The notes beneath the pieces are model-generated. The model was not told where the DNA came from. It saw only the letters and a list, made by a program, of their open reading frames with translations, and ran no database searches. Both the position numbers and the translations under genes were made by a program. 64,000 nucleotides of DNA from Eledone cirrhosa (lineage: Eukaryota): contig OZ024740.1 of the NCBI GenBank assembly GCA_964016885.1, positions 401,884,001-401,948,000 of the forward strand, written 5' to 3'. Positions 30,817 to 45,495 of this stretch are shown in pieces (the stretch's first letter is position 1; each line of letters opens with the position of its first letter).

Positions 30817-31213
30817 CAACCTGATATGGGAAAAGAAATACAGAGAAGTTATATGCCACCGTATCGATAGTGATATATAATGAGACAATATTTGAAGGTA
30901 TACGCTGAAGTATGTAGAATCATCTTAGATATTAATTAAAGAGCAGTTAATTCTTTAGCCTTCACGAACGAAGCTTTCTTGCCTAATACTGGCAGCTACA
31001 TACACACATTTATAGAAAAATCGATAAAATTACAGACTAAGAACGATTCTCCGTCATAAGATCCAAACACCACTAAAACGAGGACTACGATTACGCTATA
31101 GTTCCGTCGAAAAGCAATTTCATTTGATAGATTGGATACTGTGCTGTAGTGTCTGTCACACATAAATAAAAATTTAAGAAAGTATATATATATATATATA
31201 TATATATAAATAC

Positions 31214-31245
<32 letters not shown>

Positions 31246-31262
31246 ATATATATATATATAGT

Positions 31263-31485
31263 GAAGGCGTGGGGCTGAGTGGTTAGAGAATTGGATTCAC
31301 AATCTTGAGGTTGTGAGTTCAATTCCTGGACCAGGCGATGCGTTATGTCCTTGAGCAAGACACTTTATTTTACGTTGCTCCTTCTACCTGGAGTTGCGAC
31401 CGATAGATAGTATTAGCAATTGGAAAGACCAACGGAAACATTGTTTCCTCGGTCCGATTTGACGAAAGTCGATCGAGTAAAAAAA
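31263..31485 (+). mobile_element. tRNA-derived CORE-type SINE (same family as 2370-2592)
   Basis: A/B boxes, gtccttgagcaagacacttt, A-tail. Confidence 0.85.
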
Positions 31486-31518
<33 letters not shown>

Positions 31519-31678
31519 AATATATATATATATTATATATATATATATATATGTATATATATAAATATATATATATCTATATATATATAGGCGTATACAT
31601 ACTTTTGAGGTATCTGTTGTTGAATTGTGTATTCGGTTTTTGTGGTATAAATGTACATACATACATGTACATACATAC

Positions 31679-31719
<41 letters not shown>

Positions 31720-32216
31720 AACATTCCCATGCACACAAAACAATGTTAGCCGTATAGAAATCCTTTACTGTGTTTGCGTTTCTTATTCTACTTTTCAAGC
31801 TGATCCACTCTTGTTCAAGGCATCGAAATAGGGTTTGAGTATATGAAGCTCAGAGCTGCGTCATACCTTACACACAGAAATGCATACATGCACACACATA
31901 CATTTATACACACAACAGATACAATCAGGAGTGGACTTAAATAAATACATTCATATAGCAATTAAAAATATTACAGTACAAATGTGCAGAAATTCGTGGT
32001 GCTGATATTATGTATATTATGAGCACATATTTTCAAAATAATTATATTCGTTAAAGTTAATAAAAATAAAAGAAAACTTGATCTTAATTATATATATTTT
32101 CAACAATAAAATAATTACAGATTTAACATTGAGAGTAAATCCATATATATGATAGCATGAAATCTTTTGCGTAATCTTCTACGTTCTGTTGAACACGACA
32201 ACGTAAAGTATTATTA

Positions 32217-32368
32217 AGGGCGGTGGTTTGCAGCAAAGAGTTACGATCCTTTATGGTCTGAGTTCAAATCCCGCCGAGATTAACTTTGTCTTTCATCACT
32301 ACAGGGTCGATAGTATAAAGTACCAGTAATACACGGGGAATGGGTGGACTTGACGCAAAACTAGAAAT
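32217..32368 (+). mobile_element. Nin-domain tRNA SINE flanked by ~200-bp direct repeats
   Basis: tctgagttcaaatcccgccgag..ctttcatc..gggtcgata..aagtaccag (B box + Nin-like domain); flanks 32019-32216 and 32382-32591 are direct copies. Confidence 0.75.
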
Positions 32369-32949
32369 AATTATATATAAAATGAGCACATATTTTCAAA
32401 ATAGTTATATTCATTAAAGTTAATAAAAATAAAAGAAAACTAGTTTTTTAAATGTATATCTTATATACATTTTTTTTCTACAATAAAATAATTACAGATT
32501 TAGCATAGATAGTAAATCCGTATATGATAGCATGAAATCTTTTGCGTAATCGACTACGTTCTGTTGAACACGACAATGTAAAGTATTATTAGTCTTTATC
32601 TGTGTTTTCTCTGTTGAATATATGACGACGGGAATATTTGTTTCCCCTTCAGCTATAAAACCCTTAAAAATGGTAGTCATCTCTGTAAAAACGGATTTCA
32701 GGGTCGTCAATAAGTATTATGCCTATTTGATAATGATGATGAAGATGATGATGATGATGTTAATAGTTGTGGTGAATGATAGTTGGTATTTGATGGACAC
32801 CATTATTTTCTATTCCAGTGAAATTTCTAAGAGTGAAGTTGAAATCAAAGAAATTGGGAACGAAGAGCAAAAATATTATCTATGTTGGTCTCTATGGTAT
32901 TTCCCCTGTGTCCATTTTCTCGTGCAAAACCTATACATATCTATATCGT

Positions 32950-33033
<84 letters not shown>

Positions 33034-33514
33034 CTATCCCTCTGCAACAATCAAGGTTTGTAAAACATTCTTACGATACAAGTGATGAACGATTACAGAA
33101 GGAAGGCCTCCATTAATTGGTTCAAATGACAGGGGGGGGGGGGGGGGGGGTGTTTAATTCCGAGTGGTGTTTCCGAGATATTCCGGTGCAACGATTTGAA
33201 TAGGATACCTGATAACCGCGTAGACGCTTCCGAGAGATAGAGTCATAGAAAAACAAAAGAGGAAGAGTGAGGCTGATAGAATAGAATGAAGCTCAATACT
33301 TGTCTGATACTTTATTTATTGACCTCAAAAGGATTAAATTTAACTTCAAATTCGGAATGATTGAAACATCGAGCGTAGATATGTGGAATTCATACCGAAA
33401 TGTATTCTCTCATTTCGCCGCCCTATAAGCACACACACGCGCGCGCGCGCGAGCGCGCACACACACATACACACGCACATCCTCTCTTTCTCTCCTTCTC
33501 TTCGTTCTCTTTCT

Positions 33515-33559
<45 letters not shown>

Positions 33560-34552
33560 TACATATATACATATATATATATATATGTAACCATACATAT
33601 ATGCATACATACGGCAATATATGTGTGAATATATGTATGTTGTACGTTTTTTTGTACATATACATATGTGTATGTGTACTATCTTTCTGAAATCTCGTAA
33701 AATCTTAGATCTGCCTGTGACTTTTGTATCTGATTTATTGACTCATTCTTTCAAATTATAATGTTGCATCTCATATTGTTTACTACCAGTCGCCTTTTCT
33801 AGAGAACGTTTTCTAACAGTCGTTTGCTAAGAACTGCCAAGATATAAACGTAAAAACTCACCTCTTCTTCCGTCTCTCTCATAAATAAGCCGTTTTGTGT
33901 ACTGTAACGTTCTTGATTCACTGAAATTTAAATTCATGGTTGCTGTTCTTGTTAATGAATCTCTTGACGGCCTTCATGTATACCTTTAAAGATAGGTGTT
34001 CATGCCGTATCCCTTCTATCTATTTGCATATCTACGATTACATTGTGAAACGTGTCATTCCGTTTTGAAGATGATATTTTTCCTTATGATAGAGATTTGG
34101 GTGTTATTTCTTAGTGGTTGAAATACCATTTAGAATCTACCATGTTGGTTTGTTATGTCATATGATTTGCTGTTCTTCTTATTTGTGTATCCCCATCTCA
34201 GTCATGATCGAATAAAATTACGAACACAAGCGCTCTTGTAAACATAATATTTTGGTGTGCATTTTTCAACAAATCCTTATGTTTAAAGTAAATATGTTTT
34301 GATTTGATATAGCGTTGACAGCTATAACTTGCCTAGCGATGGAACTGAGAGAGGATCTGATGACAACATTGCAGAAGCTACAAATTCATTTCTCACACAA
34401 GACAATCTGGATCAAAATCAATAATGATAGGCTCGATTCGATTTTTAGAGGAGACAACTCGGCTTATAATATTTATCATATTAATGTGTTTAGGAATTGT
34501 TTGAAGAGTGTTGCATATTAAATAGGCTATAAATGTGACATATACCTTACAC

Positions 34553-35019
34553 CAGAGATTCTGAAAATGGGTGCCACCCCCACCCCCGGGAGGGGCGTTC
34601 AGATAATCCAAGGGGGCGCTGGAGCCTAAGGGGGCGCTCGAGATAATATAATAGTATATAAGATATAAATATAGTATACTAAAAAATATATAATATTTAT
34701 TTTTGCATAGAATATATTACCGTATTTCCCGGTGTCGAAGACGCTTCGTCCTCGAGGACGCACCCTAATTTTGACAACCAAAAATTTGAAAAGATAATAA
34801 TAAACAACCTTCAGCCTCCAGGACGCATGATTGATTTTTTAGACTTATTTTAGGAAAAAAGTAGCGTCTGCGACGCCGGGATATGCGTTTATTTATTTAT
34901 TATATATAAATTAACGATTTTATCTTTTATGTGTTATTTACAATTTGCGTGTAGGTAGGTCACTCTTGAAATAGGGTTGGGGGCGCTGAGAGTATTACGT
35001 GGACGTTTGAGGACCTCTG
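34553..35019. mobile_element. Non-autonomous hAT (Charlie-like) MITE with 8-bp TSD
   Basis: TIRs CAGAGATTCTGAAA / TTTGAGGACCTCTG; perfect TSD CCTTACAC at 34545-34552 and 35020-35027; subterminal GGGGCG repeats. Confidence 0.85.
34720..34888. mobile_element. pogo/Tigger-like MITE nested in the hAT MITE
   Basis: TA-preceded TIR CCGTATTTCCCGGTGTCGAAGACGC versus GCGTCTGCGACGCCGGGATATGCG. Confidence 0.7.
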
Positions 35020-35561
35020 CCTTACACGGTTGCAATTCGGCACAAATAAATAGAGGATTTACATGGCTTTCATTGATTAAAACGTGCCTACTGTTTATTG
35101 TGACAATAAACGAATATACAAGGCTTTTAATGGAAACAAATCCAGAAACATGTGGTTGGGTTGTACACCTTTTGGTTAATTAGCCATGTCTAGGTACTAT
35201 AAGGCAAATATACTTAGTTATCTATATACTACTAAAACTCTGTGATTGCTTGCTTGATTGCTTGCTTGTCTGTAATGTACTACAGTCAAAAGGGTGCATA
35301 ATGGGAAAATACTTTGAAAGGAAGTTGACCCTGAAATGGGAATACAAATGGAATAAAACAAGTCGCAAAAATCGGAGCACGTGTTCCCGTGATATGGGGG
35401 TTTTTCGGGTACCTTCATAAATAGAGAGAGCGAATGATAAAGATAAAGAGATAGTAGTTGTGAGAGAGTAGATGGAAAGAGAGACATAGAGAGAGAGGGA
35501 GAGGAGAGAGAGAAGGAGAATGGAAGAGAGAGAGAGAGAACGTTGGTGGAGTCGTTGTGTG

Positions 35562-35601
<40 letters not shown>

Positions 35602-35687
35602 GATCGGTGTGTGTGAGTGTGTGTGTATATATATATATATATATGTGTGTCTATGACTAGTGTATATAGATCCCAGACACTAACACT

Positions 35688-35799
<112 letters not shown>

Positions 35800-35807
35800 T
35801 ATATATA

Positions 35808-36161
35808 TTATAAAGGAAACGAAAAATCAGTGATGCATCTGGACTTAGTTTCTTTCGTGTTACAAATGTTTCGCCGGTATGTAGCTCGAGTCATGGCCCT
35901 TGTATGGATCTGGCTGATTCTACTTCTGCGAGTTCTTTCAGACACGGCTGTTACGTCCGGCGCAAATTTGCGATATAATTTGCGATATAATTTGCGATAA
36001 AATTTGCTCCGGACATAACAGCCGTGTCTGAAAGAACCCGCAGACGTAGAATTAGCCAGATCCATACAAGGACCATGACTGGAGCTACATGCCGGCGAAA
36101 CATTTGTAACACGAAATAAACTAATTCCAGATGCATCACTGATTTTTCGTTTCCTTTATAA
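35808..36161. mobile_element. Palindrome of HHR-bearing element E; mini-palindrome of a relative at 46198-46313
   Basis: ~160-bp arms around a central (AATTTGCGATAT)x3 spacer. Confidence 0.88.
36023..36113 (+). ncRNA. Hammerhead with 8-nt core CUGAAAGA and long stem II; inverted partner at 35856-35946 (-)
   Basis: CGTGT CTGAAAGA ..61 nt.. GAA ACA tt TGT A^ ACACG, then AATAAA. Confidence 0.65.
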
Positions 36162-36242
36162 TATCTACACTCTACTTTGATGAATATCGAGTGCTAATTT
36201 TGGCATACCGGCTATGGAAGCACCATAGCTACCACTATACAC

Positions 36243-36334
<92 letters not shown>

Positions 36335-38648
36335 ATATATACACAACAACCCACGTTTATATATGGGCCTTCCACTTTCATTTCACATTATGTACATGTC
36401 TGTGTATATTTTAATTATTCAAAAGTTAATTTTAAGTGAACATGATTTTTAAAAATATTTTGAAATTAACGTGATCCAACTGGTGAGGGGGGGGGGGGGG
36501 GGGGGGGGGCTAGTTACTTGAAACATTTAACATTTTATTTCAAATTATTTTATCATAAATATCTGCTTTTGATTTTAGTTAACCGCAAATATTTATATAT
36601 GAGTGGCTTGATTTATATAGTTACACTTGAATGAGTCGTCAATAAAACTTCAAGTAACATAAATCAATATTCATAAATAATATTTTAATTAAAATCAAAG
36701 CAAGAAGTTAGCAACTCATATATGTATTTTGCCTTGAAACAAATTAATCAAATATTACAAAAAATATCCAAATCAATACAATTCGATTTGGCAATGTCCA
36801 TCGAGTTGACAGTGTAATATCGATAAAGATACTTTATTCTTGCTCGTTCACAATATCTGAGTGTAAAATGATTTCATAATTAAGTTGTACATCTGACAGT
36901 AGTAGAAAATAAGTAATTGCCGACTATTTTGTTAGGTTAGGGCACCGGAATTGAATCTACCAGGGAATTGTTTCTGAAGTAGAAATTGATACTACCACTA
37001 GTATTATCATTTACGATATAATCTACATCCTGTTTGTGGTAGGAAGGATGTTGGCTTTGTTACTTACTTCATCTATTACTAATTAACATTCTTGTATAAT
37101 TTTCATTTCCCGGAGAAATTATTTGACATTAATGTCATTTGTCACAGTAATTATTAACACAATAATATTATCTAATTAAATTTCTGAACCTGTTGATTCT
37201 ATCAGGCTTATATCAATTATCTTCATCTTTGTTACTACACTAACACCACCAAATATTTAACGTGTTACTATTTCTAATTAATCAAGTTCTTAAAATAATT
37301 ATATTGATTGCACCAGGAATTATCGTGGCTGATTCAAATATTAAAGTCTATAATTAGTTCTAAAGTCAGTTTTCTTAACCCTTTGCATGAAAGAGAAATT
37401 GGTATTCATTAAACGTATTGTGATTTTTAAATGCATAGATTGAGTTATTAAAATGTATTTAATCTCCAATGAAAATAATTGAAGTGTGAAACATGTTCCT
37501 TGAAGAAAGTGACTAACACCAACGAGTCGAACCTGGCGTGATGAAATGCAATGTCGAATTTTGAAATTTGCTTAATTAAAGAGTATATTTTCATCAATTG
37601 ACATTGTGAGTTGACGTACACCAGGAGAGAGTTTATATATCAATTCAGCAGGATCGATAAAATTAATGGAAATCATTATACAGAATTCTCCACAATGTGC
37701 TGGTTACTTGCCCATGCACAAGTATAAATAGTTGATGGAAGGTATATAGTTGCATACAATTTGAACTAATTTTATGGCTTCAGAAGAATTATAGACAAAT
37801 TAAAATTCTTAACTGTTTGAACCAATAATTTCGATGAACAGGAATATTTACAATGAAGTACCTTATCCATTATTCCTGTTTCTGTCAATACCACTACGTA
37901 TTCAACATATTTTTAAAAATACAGCATAATCACGTTATAAGTGACAACATATTTCTATGGGAATAGCTATTTCACATTCAACGAACAAAACTTTTAAATC
38001 AAAGAAGATACATAAATATTCATTATACATTTTTCTGAAAATAACCAATTAAGAAGAAAGAGAGGAATCAGTGATAATTTAATAAAAGGACAATTCTAAA
38101 TGAAACTCAGATAAACAGATGTCAATGTTGTTGCAATATTGCAATAGAATGAAGAGAAATTAAATAGATTTTGGATAATTTAGGAATTACTGCGACGAGA
38201 TAAAATGACTGCCGTGAACACATTAGCAAATAATGTTTTTTCATATATAAATTTAATATTACACTATTACTATTGTTCATTTGATTCAAAACAAGAACTA
38301 CAAAGGGAGCTAACTGTTGGATTCTGTTGACTATAAATCATCAAATATATTTACACACACATACACACGAATTAATATACATAAACAAACATATATAAAC
38401 ACACACACATAATTCTTTACCTCACTTCAGCTCACATTCAGAAAAATATAACGATAAGGTAATCTCGCATATATAAACATATAGACATATAAACATAACA
38501 CGCATCTCGTTTAGTTAATTGAATTATTCTGCTTTTCCAAATGAAAAGAAGAAAATAAGACACGCACATAAACGCATACGCATATATGTTTCTACATAGG
38601 TATACTCAAGACAATGGGTATACTACGTGAATCAGTATAGAAAATTAC

Positions 38649-38784
<136 letters not shown>

Positions 38785-38936
38785 TGTGTGCGTGTGTGCA
38801 AGCGTGTGTGTGTGTTTAATTAAGTATATGTATTTACATACACATGTGTACACTTATGTAGGAACGTGAATGTAAACGTATGCAAGCATACATAATATAA
38901 TTATATAATTATATGTATAAATCTACATGAAGGTAT

Positions 38937-39086
38937 TCTAGGGCGGGTAAAATTCCCGAGAACCATGGACCAGTTCTCTCCAGCGTTCTCTGTCCCTCAT
39001 TATCGCTGCCATGTCCTGCGTCTCCAACAGACCAGTGACTGTCCTTAGAACATCAACATACGTTAACATTGGTCTTCCTCTTCCAG
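38937..39086 (-). mobile_element. RTE-clade LINE 3' end (copy 2)
   Basis: Close match to 30287-30437. Confidence 0.7.
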
Positions 39087-39133
39087 TATAAAAACTCAGA
39101 AATACGTACATACATACCTATATATTTATACAA

Positions 39134-39166
<33 letters not shown>

Positions 39167-39203
39167 AATATGTATATAATATATATATATATATATATAA
39201 CCC

Positions 39204-39234
<31 letters not shown>

Positions 39235-39316
39235 ATATATATAGAGAGAGAGAGAAAGAGAGAGAGAGAGAGGGAGAAAGAGAGAGATATAATAGATAGA
39301 TAGAGAGAGAGAGAGA

Positions 39317-39392
<76 letters not shown>

Positions 39393-39689
39393 GAGAAAGA
39401 GAAAGAGAGATCAGCGGCGGATAGAAAGCTTTACGGTATGTGTTCCGGCTCTCTCTTATCTGAGTTCAAATTATCTAGTTTCAACATCATCTAGTTTACA
39501 CTTTCCGTTTTCTCAAACACAAACACTAAAATTTGGAATACTTTCTACCAATTTCCAAATTAACCACTGCTACTTGAATCTATTTCATAGAAACTGTTTT
39601 TAACTGATTTAGAGCTGGACTCCTAAAGGAAAGATATGTTGCATGACACCGAACTAAATTAATCTAGACTGGTTGCAATTGAAGGAACA

Positions 39690-39980
39690 TAAATCGACCC
39701 TCTCACAATTACGTCAGGTAATGCTAAGGCGAACATATACGAAGCAGATGCCAACTCAACCAAATCGAACATTAATCAATGTCTAAAACCTATATAAGCA
39801 CAGAGAAATACTCCGACAATATTTTTTCTTGAAGGCATTATAAGAAAGAATACAACCACATTTTTCAAGTACATGTGGGATCAAAACGAAATTTCTACTA
39901 ATTTCAATAATTAACGAAAACCTTAATAGATATATCAATATTCAAATCTTTCTACATTCTACATTTATTACAAGCACTTA
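39690..39980 (+). mobile_element. Possible very decayed PLE GIY-YIG fragment
   Basis: Broken-frame remnants NIYEAD, KTYI and NTTT..KYMWD in the order expected for Naiad-type endonucleases. Confidence 0.3.
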
Positions 39981-40079
39981 AATTTCTATACAAAATTAGA
40001 CATAATTTATTCTCAGTATTCCCCTGCTTCTTTACATATCTCTACTCCATACTCTCCTAGTATCTTTCTTTATATATTC

Positions 40080-40700
40080 TGTCCAAACCACCTGGTGAAC
40101 TGCTGAACAATAAGTGAAATGGGATTATGAGCAGAGCGACTGGTCACACCCGGAATTGTGCCAAAATAATGCTATCCTCGAAAGTGTGATCACTGTGCCT
40201 CATCAGACCAGATTGGAACGCCTGCTCTTTAACATCGTGTAAATTGGCTGTGTCTCAGTGGTCAGTCGGTCAGTCTGTTGTCAATGCTCTGTTTACCGGG
40301 CCCACGGCAAGCCGTAGATGTTGAGAAGCAAACATACACTGAAACTGCATGACCTGTAGAGATTCCTGGACGGTGAGTTGGTGTCGTCATCTTCTGTCAG
40401 ACGCACTTTATGCAGTGCATTTCCCAGAATGTGCTAAAGCCCTGGATAAAGAAAAGTCTAAGCAGGAGGCCTGGCATCTATAAGGTTTTAAGATCCTTAC
40501 AGCCTTTTAAATGTCTGGTAATGCGATTGATGACATTTCCACAAGCAGTTTATAGGAGATTGGTCACGGGATAAATGGCGAGGTTGTCAGTAAAGTGTGA
40601 TGACGTTCTCGAGTACGTCCTGGTTGACGACGAAAATGAACTAGCTGATCACTTCCGGTGCATTTTCCAACATCTATGGTGATCTAGTGCCAAGATGTAG
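40080..40700 (-). mobile_element. Highly decayed LINE-like (probably RTE) fragment
   Basis: Elevated GC; broken frames with weak TY(L)G, LAIY and LL(Y) remnants; abuts (TAT)n/(TAG)n. Confidence 0.35.
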
Positions 40701-40715
40701 GTGAGTGTGTATTGT

Positions 40716-41212
<497 letters not shown>

Positions 41213-41690
41213 ACATCATCAATACAATTGTTGTGGTGCTCTATGTTGCTATTATTACCGTCGTCGTTTTCGTTGTTCCAAACCGTCCATTTTCATATAC
41301 TTACATTTATTTATTTTATATATTTCATTTGCTTGCTTTATTTACTTATATATTTATATATTTATTTAGTCATTAATTATTGATATTCAATCTCTTAAGA
41401 ATGGAGTGCCATCAATTAATGTCAAAAATGATTAGAGAATCCTGTAAAGAATATTGTAATTAGAGATTTCTTAAGTTCTGTAACGCACACCGTCGTTTCA
41501 ATTTCAGCCATTTTCATAATCATTCTCAATGATGACAAGACACTTTTCCTACATACTTTCTCCTTTTCTTGTTTTCCCTCTCCCCGTATCTTTCAGTTTC
41601 TCTCTTTATGACACGCACAAAAATTTACACACGTACACATACATTCGTCTCTAAATATATATGTATATAATTGTAATCGTAGAAACATGT

Positions 41691-41731
<41 letters not shown>

Positions 41732-41742
41732 ATATATATATT

Positions 41743-41789
<47 letters not shown>

Positions 41790-41918
41790 TGTGTATAAAT
41801 ATATATATGTATGAGTGTGCGTACATATATACATCTCTGTTGTGAGTGCGTATGCAAACATAAATTGTGTTATGTAGACATACATGCACACGAACACATA
41901 TACACACGCACTCGTATG

Positions 41919-42014
<96 letters not shown>

Positions 42015-42182
42015 TATACATTCTTTTACGCTTTATATTTGCATTAATATTCTGTTCATTTATTTTTATCAAAGTCTGCGATGTTAGAAGCGTAGGAAGT
42101 CTTGCAAACATACAGTGTTTCATTGATGATTACAACAAAAGCAACACTAATTACAACGCCAAAATAAACAATATAAATCATA

Positions 42183-42275
<93 letters not shown>

Positions 42276-42402
42276 TATATGAAATAAACGTAAAAGACGA
42301 GAAATACAATAAAATCAGTTAAGGAATATAATTTCAAGACAAATCCTCAAATGTCATTTATAAATAAATGAAATGAAATCATTAAGAGCAAAAATACAAT
42401 AG

Positions 42403-42494
<92 letters not shown>

Positions 42495-44745
42495 GTATAT
42501 ATATATATGTACGTATATATATATGTGTACGTATGTTATATATATATATGCGTTTGTGATTTGTTGGTATTATTGTTTGTGTGTGTTTGTGTATAAACTG
42601 AATAATTTGATACGCTCGTACAGAACTACAAAAGAATAGAAACATAACATTAAAGAAAAATAATGAGAGGGAGTTAAGGTTGAAAGGGGTGTCATGATAG
42701 AGCAATGTAAATAGAATGGGCTGAGACAAAATATAATCAATCTAACGCGTTCTTTTTTGTACCGTTTTGTATTAGAATTGAGAATTGATTCATTAATACG
42801 CTAATCGAATGATTATAACACGCATATTTGATGATTATATTAGCGCAGCTTTCAATCAGTATGAATATGATGAAGTTTAATAAGTTTTTCAACGAATATC
42901 CATAAAAAAATTCGCGCAAATTTGCATCTAACAAGAAATACATGGATTTCGTTGCAGTATTTTACCATACAACTTAGTTTTTGTTTTAAACAATACATAC
43001 TGTGTATATATACAGCTATATATATATATTATATACACATATTATATATTCATGCACACATATTTACAGGCGTGTGTATTAGTCTCTATCCGCACAAATA
43101 TAGGAGTGTGTGTGTGCATGTGTGTATGTGTGTGTGAGTGCGTGTTGTGAGTGTGTGTGTGTGCTATATTTGCGGATGTAAGACCATATATTCCCTATTA
43201 TTATGATATTCGCTTCACGATCATGGTATATTAGCTTCAATTTTATTTCATGGTCAAAATGTTCTCCTATTGTCTAGAGCAGAGAGAATAGCTATGAGAG
43301 GAATTTAGTTCATAGAGCTTCATAAAATGAACCGCAACTTCATGTCAAAGAGCCTAGTCCTGTCATACCTAATGTTATGACGAGTGCATCCAAAGTTAAA
43401 ATTAAAGGTGTCATATGTGTGTGCGTGCGTGAAATACGTATTCCCTTATGTAGCGAGTAGGTAGAACTGCCGATCGAAAACATAGATCAATTATTGAGGA
43501 CACCGATGCAAGATAATTTATCGTAGCTGTGTTGGTGAATTTGTATCCCAAAGATGATTTGTATACTAAGATAAATCTAATGTCTGTTGAAAAATACGTA
43601 TCAACATATGATTAACAGTATTGGCGAATACATATTCGAATTCTGTTGAAGTGCGAGAGGCAACAATACTCTGAAAGAAAAAGAAACAATATCTGTGATG
43701 TATGGCTCACGGATAGAAAACAAAAACCCATTATAATTTCAAGTCGGAACAATAAATCCTCCATAAGGTCCCTCACCAGTTTACGCAGAAACGTTAAGCA
43801 AAATGCACGGAAAGATTTCATATATATAATAAGGTATGTGCAACATTTTTATCTTGACAGGAAGAAGCGCGATTTAGAGAAAATAAGTTATATGGAATAA
43901 ATCCTCACACGGAGAGCAGTGAACATTTCCATAATCATTGGTAATTAACTAATGATTAACAAAGGTATTACGATAAACTTGGGGAAGATGGAATGACCGA
44001 ATTACCAGAAGTCATTTACGGTGTTCTTCATTCTAAGAGTTTTTAAATATTAACCACGAGTTTATTAGCAACAGTAAGACGCAGTTACATTAACCAGGTC
44101 ATAAATAAATGCCAACCTATTCGGCAGGTACAAATAAAAGTACGAATTATAAAATCGAAAAAGAATATTTTAATGAGATCCGTTTCTGGTCAGTGTTAAC
44201 AAATTTAACAAATATACTAAACAAGAATGGTCTCGCGAACGAATATTGATAGGGTGGGGGAACAATTAAACATTTTTTTGTATGTAAATATCCTCGTTCT
44301 CTGTTACAGTTGACTCAGACCCTTTGTAGTAGGTGAATAAAGTACATCGATTATTTGGGAACTGATATGAAATGCATTTCCTGAAAAAAGGCCAAGTCAA
44401 ACCTGAAGAAATGAACAGTTATAGAAAACTTACTATTATCATGTTAGATGAGGAAAAAAAGAAACAGGCATCAGAGAACTGTACCCAAACACAGACATAC
44501 ACACACATACACAACACACATATACACAAACACCTCCTTCAGCCCTCCCCGCTCGAGCCCCGCGCCTCCCTCTCCCAACTCCACCCGCCACCACCCCTAC
44601 ACGCCTCACACCCTTCCACCACTTGTTTATTTTTATTTGTCCTTCTTCAATCGTTTGTCCTCCCTTTTCTCTCCCCCCTTTTTCTAAATGTCTTTCCACC
44701 ACTCCCTCACACACCCTCGGAACTCTCTTCCTACCCACTTTTCTA

Positions 44746-44793
44746 CTGATGAAGGGCTTATGCCCGAAACGCCCCGCCACTCTCAAAAGCGTG
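44746..44793 (+). ncRNA. Hammerhead core in a pLTR-like pyrimidine-rich element (about 44530-44850)
   Basis: CTGATGA a GGGC ttat GCCC GAA ACGC..GCGT; cleavage triplet and helix I decayed; AATAAA follows. Confidence 0.6.
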
Positions 44794-44999
44794 AACCTAA
44801 TAAACTCTTATTTGTACTGCCTCTCTGTTTTTGTTCCCGTCTAAGTTTTAACTATATATATATATATAGTGTCAGAACACTGGTGGGTTATATGCGCAGT
44901 AGCAGAGCACTCTGTCAGTCCATGGGATGAGTTTGGTGTAAGTAATTCCAAAACAGTTAGTTCACCATTTCCGATAACAATTAATTTCTTTTGGAACTA

Positions 45000-45069
<70 letters not shown>

Positions 45070-45407
45070 TGATTACGCTGCGGAAAATTAATGAATAAGA
45101 ATGATTATAACCGGTATCACTAACAGGATGTAGATATTTCAATTTTTTTTTACACTGGAACGTGATTATAAACCTTAAAATGTGAACAGATCTTCAAACG
45201 AGATAGAACATGAATAGACTTAAATATCAACAAATGAAATAGACATCAGTAAAAAAAAATGCTCCAGTTTTGACGTGTACCGCATTCTACATTTACTATT
45301 TAATAGTGTGTCAAATATTTTGCATTCAGCCGCAAGTGTTGAATGTAAACATTCTCGATAAAAAACACACATATACACTCAAATATGCACACACGCACAC
45401 AGACACA

Positions 45408-45490
<83 letters not shown>

Positions 45491-45495
<5 letters not shown>

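Noticed and set aside
34356-34380. Isolated CTGATGA (also 40200, 53717, 58308)
   Set aside because: No correctly placed GAAA, stems or NUH; expected by chance.
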